From positions 1,650,001-1,682,000 of the forward strand of contig NZ_LN831024.1 of assembly GCF_001457615.1 (NCBI RefSeq): a DNA stretch of 32,000 nucleotides, written 5' to 3'. This document shows, piece by piece, positions 1 to 9,380 of this stretch. This DNA is from Pseudomonas aeruginosa. GTDB lineage: Bacteria; Pseudomonadota; Gammaproteobacteria; Pseudomonadales; Pseudomonadaceae. The notes under the pieces were generated by a model, which searched no databases, was not told the origin of the DNA, and saw nothing but the letters and a program-made list of their open reading frames with translations. The translations under genes and the position numbers were made by a program. Position 1 is the stretch's first letter. Every line of letters starts with the position of its first letter.

Positions 1-185
1 TCCTGCTCGACGATCTGCCGCCGCCAGCGTCCGGGGGTGCATTCCCAGATGCCGGTTTCCACCTGGTCGGTGCGCTCCACGGCGTAGGCGCGGGTCTGCG
101 CGACCGGCTCGCCAAGGGGCACCGCGACCGGGCTGGCGGCGCCAAGATCGGCGCCGGCGGTATTTTTCAGAAGGGTCAGGGCCAT
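1..185 (-). CDS. Cupin-fold protein (DUF861/cupin_3-like), 5' part only; continues past the window start
   Basis: Manual minus-strand translation from the ATG (complement of 183-185) gives MALTLLKNTAGADLGAASPVAVPLGEPVAQTRAYAVERTDQVETGIWECTPGRWRRQIVEQ. The G-x-WECTPG motif is typical of small DUF861 cupins. It starts about 34 nt after the stop of the upstream oxidoreductase on the same strand. It is absent from the ORF track because the window edge truncates it. Confidence 0.55.
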   Translation of the reverse strand, partial: MALTLLKNTAGADLGAASPVAVPLGEPVAQTRAYAVERTDQVETGIWECTPGRWRRQIVEQ

Positions 186-219
186 GCGGTTTTTCCTCTG
201 TGGGAGGTGGAGGGGATTC

Positions 220-1626
220 TCAGCGCATCAGGCTTTCCATGCCGGCCGCGAGGGTTTGCGCCAGGCTGCGGCGCCAGGGCGCGCTGTGCGGGTCGGCAAG
301 GACCCGGTCCTCATGGACGAAACTGCGGATGATCGCGTTGTAGCCGAGCCAGCGGCAGGGTTCCGGTTCCCAGCGGGCCAGGCTGTCCAGCGGACGCTCG
401 CCCAGCACCCAGGGCTGCCGCAGCAGCTCGCTGTCCTCACCGAGGATCAGCGCGGCCAGGGTGCGGCCGCCGAGGTTGCTGGCGCCGACCCCTTCGCCGC
501 CGTAGCCGCCGGAGAGGGCGATGCCACTGGCGCGGTCGAGCAACATGTGCGGGCGGAAGCGCCGGGCCATGCCGAGGTTGCCGCCCCAGGTGTGGCTGAT
601 CCTGGCGTCCTTGAGCAGCGGGAAGAGTTCGCCGAACAGGTAGCGACGCAGGCCGACTTCCTCGTCGTCGAGGCTGAAGTCGCTGCGCAGCTTGCCGCCG
701 AAGCGGTAGCCGCCCCGCGCGCCGAAGGCCAGGCGGTCGTCGGCGGTGCGCTGGCCATAGGTGACCTGGCGGCTGAATTCGCTGAAGGCCTGGCCGCGCT
801 CCAGGCCGATCTCCGCCCAGACCGACGACGGCAGCGGCTCGGTGGCCACCAGCAGACTCTGCACCGGCAACTGGTAGTGGCCCAGCGGCGGCAGGCTGGC
901 GGCGTAGCCTTCCACCGCCGGCACGATCCATTCGGCGCGCAGTTCGCCGCGCTCGGTGCGCAGCAGGCCGCGTTGCCAGTGCAGCACCCGGCTCTTCTCG
1001 AACAGCCGCACGCCCAGGCGCTCCACCGCGCGGGCCAGGCCGCGCGCGAGCCTGGCCGGCTGGATGGTGGCGCAGTGCGGCGAATGGATCGCCCCGTAGC
1101 TGCCGGGGATGCGCAACTGCTGGTCGAGTTCCTGCGGCGTCAGCCAGCGGTAGTCGCTTTCGTCCAGGCCTTCGGCATAGAGATCATGCAGATAGGCGCG
1201 CAGGCGGCGTTCCTGTTCCGGGTAGCGCGCCGCGCAGTAGAGCACGCCGCCCTTGCGGTAGTCGCAGTCGATGCCTTCCTCTTGCAGCACCCGCGCGACT
1301 TCGTCGGGAATCCCGTGCAGCAGGTCGTAGCCGGCCCGGCGCCGCTCCGGCGGCAAGCCGGCGAGCAGGCCGTCCTCGCCGAGCAGGTTGCCCATCAGCC
1401 AGCCGCCGTTGCGCCCCGAGGCGCCGAAGCCGGCGGTTTCTGCCTCGACGATGGCGACGCGCAACTGCGGCGCCCGGCGCTTCAGGTAATAGGCGGTCCA
1501 GAGGCCGGTGTAGCCGGCGCCGACGATGGCCACGTCGACCTCGAGGGATTCTTCCAGGGACGGGCGCGCTTCGAGCGGATCGTCCAGTTGATTCATCCAC
1601 AGGCTGAGGTGGCGCCAGGCCGACAT
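220..1626 (-). CDS. FAD-dependent oxidoreductase (DAO family, PuuB/gamma-glutamylamine oxidase-like)
   Basis: Track ORF 220..1665 (-). It has an N-terminal Rossmann dinucleotide motif, VDVAIVGAGYTGLWTAYYL. The track start at 1665 is a TTG. The ATG at 1626 (MSAWRHLSLW...) is preceded by GGAG at about 6 nt and is the preferred start. ATG 1638 is an alternative. Confidence 0.85.
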   Translation of the reverse strand: MSAWRHLSLWMNQLDDPLEARPSLEESLEVDVAIVGAGYTGLWTAYYLKRRAPQLRVAIVEAETAGFGASGRNGGWLMGNLLGEDGLLAGLPPERRRAGYDLLHGIPDEVARVLQEEGIDCDYRKGGVLYCAARYPEQERRLRAYLHDLYAEGLDESDYRWLTPQELDQQLRIPGSYGAIHSPHCATIQPARLARGLARAVERLGVRLFEKSRVLHWQRGLLRTERGELRAEWIVPAVEGYAASLPPLGHYQLPVQSLLVATEPLPSSVWAEIGLERGQAFSEFSRQVTYGQRTADDRLAFGARGGYRFGGKLRSDFSLDDEEVGLRRYLFGELFPLLKDARISHTWGGNLGMARRFRPHMLLDRASGIALSGGYGGEGVGASNLGGRTLAALILGEDSELLRQPWVLGERPLDSLARWEPEPCRWLGYNAIIRSFVHEDRVLADPHSAPWRRSLAQTLAAGMESLMR

Positions 1627-1716
1627 AGAGGGCTCCATAGCGAGAGGGAAGGGGGAATGCGGCAAGAGTAGGAAGATGCCGTGCGCCTGTCGTGCGCGCG
1701 GGTCCGCTGGGAAATC

Positions 1717-2523
1717 TCAGCGGCGCGACGACAGGCGCTTCAGGTATTCGCGCGGAGACTGGCCGGTGTGCTGGCGGAAGCAGCGGTAGAAGGCCGACAG
1801 CGAATTGAAGCCGGCGGCGAAGGCCAGTTCGTCGACCCGTCCGGGCAGCTCGCCGGAAAGCTGGCCGAGCAGGTGTTGCAGGCGGGTCTGGTTGACGTAC
1901 TGGTAGAAGCTCAGGCCGAGCACCTGGTTGAGCAGGTAGGAAATCTGGTTGCGCGTATAGCCGGTGGCATTGGCCACCTGGGTCAGGTCCAGGTCCGGAT
2001 CGAGATAGGGCTGGGCCTGCTGGAAGTAGTGCTCCAGGTCGCGTGCCAGCAGGCTCAGCTGCTTGGCCGAAAGCCCCAGGCGGCTGGCCGGCGGCCGGCC
2101 GTCGCCGCCGGCCTGGGCTCCGCCGCCGCTTTCGTGGACCAGCGAGGCGTATTCGTTGATGCGCCAGATCAGGCCGTCGCGCACGGTGATCGCCTCGCTG
2201 GCGCGGAACGAAGCCAGGCGGCCGCTGAGGGTCACCCGCAGGCGGTACTGGATGAAGGCGGTATCGCCGTCGAAGCGGATACGGTCGGTGTGCTCCAGCG
2301 ACTCGTCGGGGCCCTTGGGCATGGTCGCCTCGACGTACTCGCGGAGATCGGCCAGGCGCATCCGGCGGTTCTGGAAGAAGTCGTTGTATTCGACCTCGGG
2401 ATGATAGAGCGCCATCACCGCGTCGATGTCGCGGTGCTTCCAGCTGAGGTGATAACGCATGACCGTCTCGCGGGTGGCGTCGGCGAGATCGCGGTCGGCG
2501 GGAATGGTCTGTTCGGGCTGCAT
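1717..2523 (-). CDS. AraC-family transcriptional regulator with N-terminal NTF2/SnoaL-like domain
   Basis: Track ORF 1717..2601 (-). The C-terminus is a typical AraC double HTH (...LSAKQLSLLARDLE...GFNSLSAFYRCFRQHTGQSPREYLKR). The N-terminal ~130 aa (RETVMRYHLSWKHRDIDAVMALYHPEVEYNDFF...IWRINEY) looks SnoaL/NTF2-like. The likely start is the ATG at 2523 (MQPEQTIPADR...). The gene is divergent from the DUF1302 gene. Confidence 0.85.
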   Translation of the reverse strand: MQPEQTIPADRDLADATRETVMRYHLSWKHRDIDAVMALYHPEVEYNDFFQNRRMRLADLREYVEATMPKGPDESLEHTDRIRFDGDTAFIQYRLRVTLSGRLASFRASEAITVRDGLIWRINEYASLVHESGGGAQAGGDGRPPASRLGLSAKQLSLLARDLEHYFQQAQPYLDPDLDLTQVANATGYTRNQISYLLNQVLGLSFYQYVNQTRLQHLLGQLSGELPGRVDELAFAAGFNSLSAFYRCFRQHTGQSPREYLKRLSSRR

Positions 2524-2744
2524 GCAGCGAAGGATGCCATCGCCGCCGCCGGCGGAACAGTGCCGCGCCGTCATCCATGCACTGGATGACGGCGTATCCA
2601 TCCTGCATATGGCGTTCGCCGAGGCGCTTTCCAGGGCCCCTGTTCACTCTTTCGGGCGACAGCCGGAATACCTCCTTGGTGCGCTTACCGCCGTTCGGGC
2701 CGCTGGGTAGGGTGTAGCCACCTCGACCCTGTCAGGAGAGCCGC

Positions 2745-4502
2745 ATGACAACAACAAAAAGGCGCGGAATCTTCCCTCTGCACGCACTCGCTGCGGCCAC
2801 AGCCCTGGGTTGCGCCACCCAGGCCTCGGCCGTGTCATTCAACATCGGGGAGATCGAAGGGCAATTCGACTCGTCGCTGTCGGTGGGGGCCAGCTGGTCC
2901 ATGCGTTCCGCCGACAAGGACTACATCGGCACCCGCAACGGCGGCCACGCCTCGTCGCAGACCTCCGACGACGGCCGGCTCAACTTCAAGAAGGGCGAAA
3001 CCTTCTCGAAGATCTTCAAGGGCATCCACGATCTCGAACTCAAGTACGGCGACACCGGCGCGTTCTTCCGTGGCAAGTACTGGTACGACTTCGAGCTGAA
3101 GGACGAACACCGCCTGCTCTACGACATCGACGACCACAATCGCAAGGAGGGCGCCAAGTCCTCCGGGGCGCAGCTGCTCGATGCCTTCCTCTACCACAAC
3201 TACAGTATCGGCGACCTGCCCGGCAGCGTGCGGGTCGGCAAGCAGGTGGTGAGCTGGGGCGAGAGCACGTTCATCCAGAATTCGATCAACAGCATCAACC
3301 CGATGGACGTCGCCGCGTTCCGCCGGCCCGGCGCGGAGATCAAGGAAGGCCTGATCCCGGTGAACATGCTCTACCTGTCCCAGGGCATCAGCGACGCGCT
3401 GACCGTCGAAGGCTTCTACCAGTTGGAGTGGGACCAGACGGTGATCGACAACTGCGGCACCTTCTTCTCCACCACCGACGTGGTCGCCGATGGCTGCGAG
3501 CGGATGGTCTATGCCGGCAGCGACTTCGACCCGAACCCGGCCAACGGCTACCGCTATCTGCCGCGCGCCGGCGATCGCGATGCCCGCGACAGCGGCCAGT
3601 GGGGCCTGGCCCTGCGTTGGTACGCGGCGGAGCTGAACGACACCGAGTTCGGCCTGTACGCGATGAACTACCACAGTCGCAACCCGTACTACAGTGTGAT
3701 CGCCGGCAACGGCCTGGCCACCTCCGACCCGGTCACCGGGCGCTCCACCGGCTATTACTTCATCGACTATCCCGAGGACATCCGCCTCTACGGCCTGAGC
3801 TTCCAGACCAACATCGGCAGCACCTCGGTGGCCGGCGAGCTGAGCTACCGGCCGAACATGCCGCTACAAATCAACAGCACCGACATGTCGATCGCCGCGA
3901 TCTACCCGACCACCCTGTTCGGCAACCCGATCTACGACAGCGGCTTCGCCACCCCGCGCGCCGGCGAGGTGATCAACGGCTACGTGCGCAAGCCGGTGAC
4001 CCAGGCACAGGTGACCGTCACCCAGTTCTTCGACCGGGTACTGGCGGCCGACCGCCTGACCGTGGTCGGCGAAGTCGGCTACAACCACCTCAGCGGGGTC
4101 GACGGCGACGACCTGCGCTACGGCCGCGACGCCATCTACGGCATCGGCGAACTGCCGAACAACGCCTTGTGCACCGGCGCGCTCAACGTGGCCAACCCGC
4201 AGGAGTGCAACAGCCACGGCTTCTACACCCGCAACTCGTGGGGCTACCGCCTGCGTGGGATCCTCGAATATCCCAACGTGTTCGCCGGGGTCAACCTGAA
4301 GCCGAACCTGGCCTGGTCGCACGACGTCGAGGGCTACGGGCCGAACTTCAGCGAGGGCGCCAAGGCCGTCAGCGTCGGCCTCGATGCCGACTACCAGAAC
4401 ACCTATACCGCCAGCATCAGCTACACCGACTTCTTCGGCGGCAACTACAACCCGATCAACGACCGCGACTTCCTCGCGGTGAGCTTCGGGGTGAACTTCT
4501 GA
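2745..4502 (+). CDS. DUF1302-family outer-membrane beta-barrel protein
   Basis: 585-aa ORF with RBS CAGGAGAG upstream. Signal peptide MTTTKRRGIFPLHALAAATALGCATQASA|V. The sequence is rich in aromatic/Gly/Asn beta-strand patterns and ends ...AVSFGVNF, a terminal Phe typical of OM barrels. The N-terminal motif FNIGEIEGQFDSSLSVGASW is characteristic of DUF1302. Confidence 0.85.
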   Translation: MTTTKRRGIFPLHALAAATALGCATQASAVSFNIGEIEGQFDSSLSVGASWSMRSADKDYIGTRNGGHASSQTSDDGRLNFKKGETFSKIFKGIHDLELKYGDTGAFFRGKYWYDFELKDEHRLLYDIDDHNRKEGAKSSGAQLLDAFLYHNYSIGDLPGSVRVGKQVVSWGESTFIQNSINSINPMDVAAFRRPGAEIKEGLIPVNMLYLSQGISDALTVEGFYQLEWDQTVIDNCGTFFSTTDVVADGCERMVYAGSDFDPNPANGYRYLPRAGDRDARDSGQWGLALRWYAAELNDTEFGLYAMNYHSRNPYYSVIAGNGLATSDPVTGRSTGYYFIDYPEDIRLYGLSFQTNIGSTSVAGELSYRPNMPLQINSTDMSIAAIYPTTLFGNPIYDSGFATPRAGEVINGYVRKPVTQAQVTVTQFFDRVLAADRLTVVGEVGYNHLSGVDGDDLRYGRDAIYGIGELPNNALCTGALNVANPQECNSHGFYTRNSWGYRLRGILEYPNVFAGVNLKPNLAWSHDVEGYGPNFSEGAKAVSVGLDADYQNTYTASISYTDFFGGNYNPINDRDFLAVSFGVNF

Positions 4503-4558
4503 GGTCCGCCGCCCCTCGGGGCGGCCGCTTTCGCGGATACGAACAAGGATAACGACGC

Positions 4559-5929
4559 ATGAAAACAGCACGACTCCTGTCCTCCGGGGCGCTGGCCCTC
4601 AGCCTGCTGGCCGGTTCGGTGACGGCGGCGGTTTCGCCCGACGAGGCCGCCAAGCTCGGCAGCAGCCTGACCCCCATCGGCGCGCAGAAGGAAGGCAACG
4701 CCGACGGCAGCATCCCGGCCTGGACCGGCGGCCTCGCGGCCAGCGCCGGCAAGGTCGATGGCAAGGGCTTCCTTTCCGATCCCTTTGCCGACGAGAAGCC
4801 GCTGTTCACCATCACCGCGCAGAACGTCGAGCAATACAAGGACAAGCTCTCCGACGGCCAGTTGGCGATGTTCAAGCGCTACCCGGAAACCTACCGGATC
4901 CCGGTGTACAAGACCCATCGCACGGTGGCCCTGCCGGCCGAGATCGACGAGGCGGTCAAGCAGAGCGCGCTGAACGTGCAGCCGATCAACGACGGCAACG
5001 GCCTGTCGAATTTCGAGAAGAGCCGCTACTACGCCTTCCCGATCCCGAAGAACGGTGTCGAAGTGCTCTGGAACCACATCACCCGCTACCGCGGCGGCAA
5101 CCTCAAGCGCACCATCGTCCAGGCCACCCCGCAGACCAACGGCAGCTTCACGCCGATCCGCTTCGAGGAGTCGGTGGCATTCCCGCAGAACATGCCCGAC
5201 CTCGACCAGAGCAAGGCGGCCAACATCCTCACCTTCTTCAAGCAGCAGGTGACCGCGCCGGCGCGCCTGGCGGGCAACGTGCTGCTGGTCCACGAGACCC
5301 TCGACCAGGTCAAGGAGCCGCGCCTGGCCTGGGTCTACAACGCCGGCCAGCGCCGCGTGCGGCGCGCCCCGCAGGTGGCCTACGATGGCCCGGGCACCGC
5401 CGCCGACGGCCTGCGCACCTCGGATAACTTCGACATGTTCTCCGGCGCCCCGGACCGCTACGACTGGAAGCTGGTCGGCAAGCGCGAGATGTACATCCCC
5501 TACAACGCCTACAAGCTCAACGACCCGACCCTGAAGTACGGCGATATCATCAAGGCCGGGCACATCAACCAGGACCTGACCCGCTACGAGCTGCACCGGG
5601 TGTGGGAAGTGGTCGGCACGGTGAAGCCGGGCGAGCGGCACATCTACGCCAAGCGCCACATGTACATCGACGAGGACAGCTGGCAGATCGCCCTGGTCGA
5701 CCACTACGACGGTCGCGGCCAGCTCTGGCGGGTCGGCGAGGGCCACGCGCAGTACCACTACGACCAGAAGGTCGCCGGCTACACCCTGGAGGCGCTCTAC
5801 GACGTGATAGCCGGTCGCTACCTGGCGCTGGGCATGAACAACGAGGAGAAGCGCGGCTACGAGTTCGGCTTCAAGGCCTCGTCCGCCGACTACACGCCGG
5901 CCGCCCTGCGCAACGCCGGGGTACGCTGA
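4559..5929 (+). CDS. DUF1329-family periplasmic/outer-membrane-associated protein (LolA-like fold family)
   Basis: 456-aa ORF with signal peptide MKTARLLSSGALALSLLAGSVTA|A. The motif LTPIGAQKEGNADGSIPAWTGG is typical of DUF1329. It lies 56 nt downstream of the DUF1302 gene; these two families are almost always adjacent. Confidence 0.85.
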   Translation: MKTARLLSSGALALSLLAGSVTAAVSPDEAAKLGSSLTPIGAQKEGNADGSIPAWTGGLAASAGKVDGKGFLSDPFADEKPLFTITAQNVEQYKDKLSDGQLAMFKRYPETYRIPVYKTHRTVALPAEIDEAVKQSALNVQPINDGNGLSNFEKSRYYAFPIPKNGVEVLWNHITRYRGGNLKRTIVQATPQTNGSFTPIRFEESVAFPQNMPDLDQSKAANILTFFKQQVTAPARLAGNVLLVHETLDQVKEPRLAWVYNAGQRRVRRAPQVAYDGPGTAADGLRTSDNFDMFSGAPDRYDWKLVGKREMYIPYNAYKLNDPTLKYGDIIKAGHINQDLTRYELHRVWEVVGTVKPGERHIYAKRHMYIDEDSWQIALVDHYDGRGQLWRVGEGHAQYHYDQKVAGYTLEALYDVIAGRYLALGMNNEEKRGYEFGFKASSADYTPAALRNAGVR

Positions 5930-5945
5930 GTCCCGGCCAGTCGCG

Positions 5946-5977
5946 ACGAGCGCGTCGGCTTGTGCCGACGCGCTCGT
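5946..5977 (+). terminator. Stem-loop terminator candidate after the DUF1302/DUF1329 operon
   Basis: ACGAGCGCGTCGGC (5946-5959), loop TTGT, GCCGACGCGCTCGT (5964-5977). This is a perfect 14-bp stem starting 17 nt after the DUF1329 stop. The following T tract is weak (GCGTTATG). Confidence 0.5.
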
Positions 5978-6078
5978 GCGTTATGACGGCCCATCACCCG
6001 GCGCAATCATCGTTCAGCAGCGGGGCAGGCGCGGTCTAGGCTCCCGGCAAGGCGCTTCGACAGAACAAGAGCACTGCC

Positions 6079-8561
6079 ATGACCGAGCCGACCGAGCTGC
6101 CCGCCGCCTTGCCGCGGCTGCCGCCGCAGCACCTGCCGCGGCCCGTTTGCACCAGCCGCTGCTGCGCGGCGAATGCCGCCTGCGACTGCTCTGCGCGCCC
6201 GCCGGCAGCGGCAAGACCGTCCTCCTCGGAGAATGCGCGCGGCGGGCGCCGCCTGGCGTGCAGGTGGTCTGGCTGGCGCTGGGCGGGGAAGCGCTGGACC
6301 CCGCGACCTTCCGCCGCCGCCTGGCCGGCGCCCTCGGCTTGCCCGAGGACAGCGACGAAGCACAACTGTGCCGGCGGCTGCGCAACGCATCCGCGCTGTG
6401 GCTGCTGCTCGACGATTACCCACGGCACCCCGACCCCGCCCTCGACGCCTGCCTCGATCGCCTGTTGAGCGCGGCCTCGCCACGGGTGGGCTGGTGGCTG
6501 GCGAGCCGGCGGCGGCCGCAGTGCAACCTGGCGCGGTTGCTGCTGGAAGGGGAGTTGCTGGAGGTCGACGGCGGCCTGCTGGCGTTCGATGCCGACGAGG
6601 TCGCCGAACTGCTCCGCCTGCACGGGCGCAGCGCCGATGCCGCTACGGCCGGGGCACTGCTGGAACGCAGCGGCGGTTGGTGCGCCGCGTTGCGCTTGCG
6701 CCTGCTGGTCGGCGAAGAGACGGCCGGACCGTTGTTGCAGGAATACCTCCAGCACGAGTTGCTCGACGAGCTGCCGCCGCCGCTGGCCGACGCCGCGCGT
6801 GCCCTGGCCTGGCTGCCGCAAGTCGGTCCGGAGCTGTTCCGCCGGCTGTTCGAGGAGCTGCCCCACGGGCTGGACGACCTGTTGGCGCGGGGCTTCCCCC
6901 TGCTGGCCGATACGAACCAGCGCTACAGCCTGCCGCCGGCGATCCGCGAGGCCTGGCGCGAAGCGCCGCAGCGCCCGCAGCGGGACTTCCACCGGGAAGC
7001 CTGCGAATGGTTCGCCGAACACGGCGAGACCCGCGAGGCGGTCGACCAGGCGCTGGCCGCCGACGAACCGGAAACCGCCGCCGGATTGTTGCAGAAGCTC
7101 ACCGAGGAGCAATTGCTGCACGGCCACAACATCGGCATGGTCCTGGCCCTGCGCGACGAACTGCCGGCGGCGCTGCTGGCCAGCACGCCGCGCCTGGTGA
7201 TCCTGAATGCCTGGACGCTGCTCTACGCCGGACGCCTGGCCGAAGCCGAGGACTGCATCGGCCAGTTGGCGCGCTTCCTGCCGATGCCCTCGGCGTCCCG
7301 CCAGCGGGTGCTGCTGGCGCAATGGCAGGGCTTGTTCGGGATCCTCCTGCACTGCCGCGGCGAGCGCGGCGCCGCCGACTACCTGCGCGAGGCGCTGGAG
7401 CAACTGCCGGAGGACGCCTGGTCGCAGGGACTGATCTGCCGCTCGGCGCTGATGCAACTGGCGATGATCGAGGGGCGGATGGACCAGGCGCGGTTGATCG
7501 GCCGCGATGCCTTGCGCCTGGCGCGCGAGCACGACAGCCTGATCTTCGAGGCGCTGATCGAACTGGAGCGGGCGCAGTGGCTGGAGCAGCGCGGCGAACT
7601 GCTGCGCGCGGAAGGCGTCCTCGATCGCGCCCAGCGCTACCTGGAGGACCTCGGCCAGCAGGGCAGCCCGATGCTCGGCCGGATCGCCCTGCGCCGCGCG
7701 CGCCTGTGCCTGCAGCAGGGCCGCGAGGTCGAGGCCGGGCACTGGTATCGGCTGGGGCTGGAGCAGGCACGGGAGAATCTCGATCCCTGGGCGCTCTACG
7801 GCTACCTGGGACTGGCCTTGCTGGAGGCCGGGCAGGGCGACCTGGACGCGGCGTTCAACCGCCTGCTGGAGGTCGAGCGGCTGATGCAGCAGCGCCATGT
7901 CCCCGATCCGCTGTATCGCGGCGCGCTGCTGCTGGTCAGCTCCGCCCTGACCCTGCAGCAGGGAAGGCCGGCGCAGGCGCGGGAGATCCTGCTGCGGGTC
8001 CGCGCCTACTTCCAGCCGGGACGGGCGCGCCTGTCGCCGCCCTCCGAACCGGAACTGGAAGCGCGGGTAGAGCACCAATTGGCACTGGCCGAACTCTACA
8101 GCGGCGAGGCAGCCGCCGCCGAAGCGCGGCTGCGCGGGCTGCTCGCCATTCTCGAGGCGCAGGGGCGGCAGACGCTGCTTTGCGAAGTGCGCATGGGTAT
8201 CGCCGAGTGCCAGTTCCTCTCCGGACAATTGCCCCAGGCCCAGCAGACCCTGCGCAGCGGCCTGGAGCTGGCGGAGCGGCTGGGCCTGCAACTGCCGCAG
8301 CGGCGACTGCGGGATCGCCAGCCGCAACTGTTCGCCGCCCTGCCGGGGGAAGAAGAGGAGGGGCTCAGTCCGCTCAGTTGTCGGGAGCTGGCGGTGCTCG
8401 GCCTGATCGCCCAGGGCTGCTCCAACCAGGAGATCGGCGAGCAACTGTTCATTTCCCTGCACACGGTGAAGACCCACGCCCGGCGGATCAACGGCAAGCT
8501 CGGGGTGGCCCGTCGGACCCAGGCGGTGGCGAGGGCCAAGGCCCTCGGCCTGCTCGCCTGA
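6079..8561 (+). CDS. MalT-like (STAND NTPase + TPR-like + LuxR HTH) transcriptional regulator; N-terminus split by an apparent 1-nt frameshift near 6144
   Basis: The main body is track ORF 5976..8561. It has a Walker A (LLCAPAGSGKTVLL), a long helical-repeat middle region and a C-terminal LuxR HTH (LSCRELAVLGLIAQGCSNQEIGEQLFISLHTVKTHARRINGKLGV). The family-typical N-terminus MTEPTELPAALPRLPPQHLPRP is encoded from ATG 6079 in a different frame (track ORF 6079..6468). The track's GTG at 5976 lies inside the upstream terminator stem. TTG 6147 is the only plausible in-frame alternative start. Confidence 0.75.
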
Positions 8562-8567
8562 GCGGCC

Positions 8568-9380
8568 TCAGTGCAGGGCGCGGCTGGTCGGCGGGGCGAG
8601 TTCGCCCAGGCGCTGGCCGAGGCGCAGTTGCTCGGTGGGATCGTCGCTGAGCAAGAGCGCGCGTTCCAGGTCGTAGCGTTCCGCCTGCGGGCAATCCAGT
8701 TGCCGATAGAGGCCGGCGCGGGCCTCGTGGTCGGCGGCGCCCACCGGGCCGAGTTCGATCACCCGCTGGGCATCCTTCAGCGCGGCCAGCGGCTCGCCGG
8801 CGGCGCTGTGCAGTTGTCGCAGGTTGCGCGACAGACGCTGGAGGATTTCCCCGGGAGAGGCCTGCTTCAGGTAGGCGGCCTGCAGCTCGCTCTTCGGCCC
8901 CTGCAGGCGCAGCAGCAGTTCGCGGCAGTCGGTGGGATAGAGGCGCCGTCCGGTGGCCGGGTCGAGCAGATGGTCGGCCTGCGGCACGCGCAGCAGGAAG
9001 CGTCCCGGGAAGTTCACTCCGACCAGCGGAATGTCCAGCCGCCGCGCCAGTTCCATGGCCACCAGCGCCAGCGACAACGGCTGTCCCTGGCGCCGCTGCA
9101 GCACCAGCGGAAGCAGGGCCGAGCGCGGTTGCAGGGGGAAGTCGTCGTCCTCGCAGAAACCCTGTTCGCTCATTCGCCGCAGCAACCCCTGGGCGCGCTC
9201 GCTGGCCGAGGCGCGGTCGTCCAGGCTGGCGCCGATCTGCCGGACGAGTTCGTCGAGCTCGCGCAGGGCGTGGGCGGGCGAATACGCCGGGAGGTGCTCC
9301 GCGGCGATCCACAGGGCCGCCTCGAACAGCGCTGGCGGTTCCTGGGCGAGACAATCGAGGCAGGCTTGACGCGGGTCCAT
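8568..9380 (-). CDS. SirB1/YchA-like protein (transglutaminase-like domain + C-terminal TPR-like region)
   Basis: Track ORF 8568..9431 (-). The ATG at 9380 (MDPRQACLDCLAQEPPALFEAALWIAAEH...) is preceded by a strong AGGAGG Shine-Dalgarno, since the plus strand reads ...CATGGCTTTCCTCCTGG. The core LSLALVAMELARRLDIPLVGVNFPGRFLLR matches the SirB1/UPF0162 family pattern. Confidence 0.7.
   Translation of the reverse strand: MDPRQACLDCLAQEPPALFEAALWIAAEHLPAYSPAHALRELDELVRQIGASLDDRASASERAQGLLRRMSEQGFCEDDDFPLQPRSALLPLVLQRRQGQPLSLALVAMELARRLDIPLVGVNFPGRFLLRVPQADHLLDPATGRRLYPTDCRELLLRLQGPKSELQAAYLKQASPGEILQRLSRNLRQLHSAAGEPLAALKDAQRVIELGPVGAADHEARAGLYRQLDCPQAERYDLERALLLSDDPTEQLRLGQRLGELAPPTSRALH

Noticed and set aside
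184-1671. 495-aa plus-strand ORF antisense to the FAD oxidoreductase. The same applies to other very long antisense or alternate-frame ORFs: 6036..8477(-), 6173..8650(+), 9170..10762(-), 18154..20793(-), 23389..24753(-), 21476..22330(-), 30788..31948(-), 13972..15063(-) and others.
   Set aside because: Their translations are Arg/Ala/Gly/Pro-rich low-complexity strings with no motifs. They mirror genes with clear homology-type signatures on the other strand or frame. Long stop-free alternate frames are expected at this G+C content.
5976-6078. GTG 5976 (the ORF-track start) as the start of the MalT-like regulator.
   Set aside because: It lies within the right arm of the 14-bp terminator stem of the upstream operon. 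It has no RBS, and it encodes an Arg/Ala-rich stretch with no resemblance to the family N-terminus, which is found in another frame from ATG 6079.
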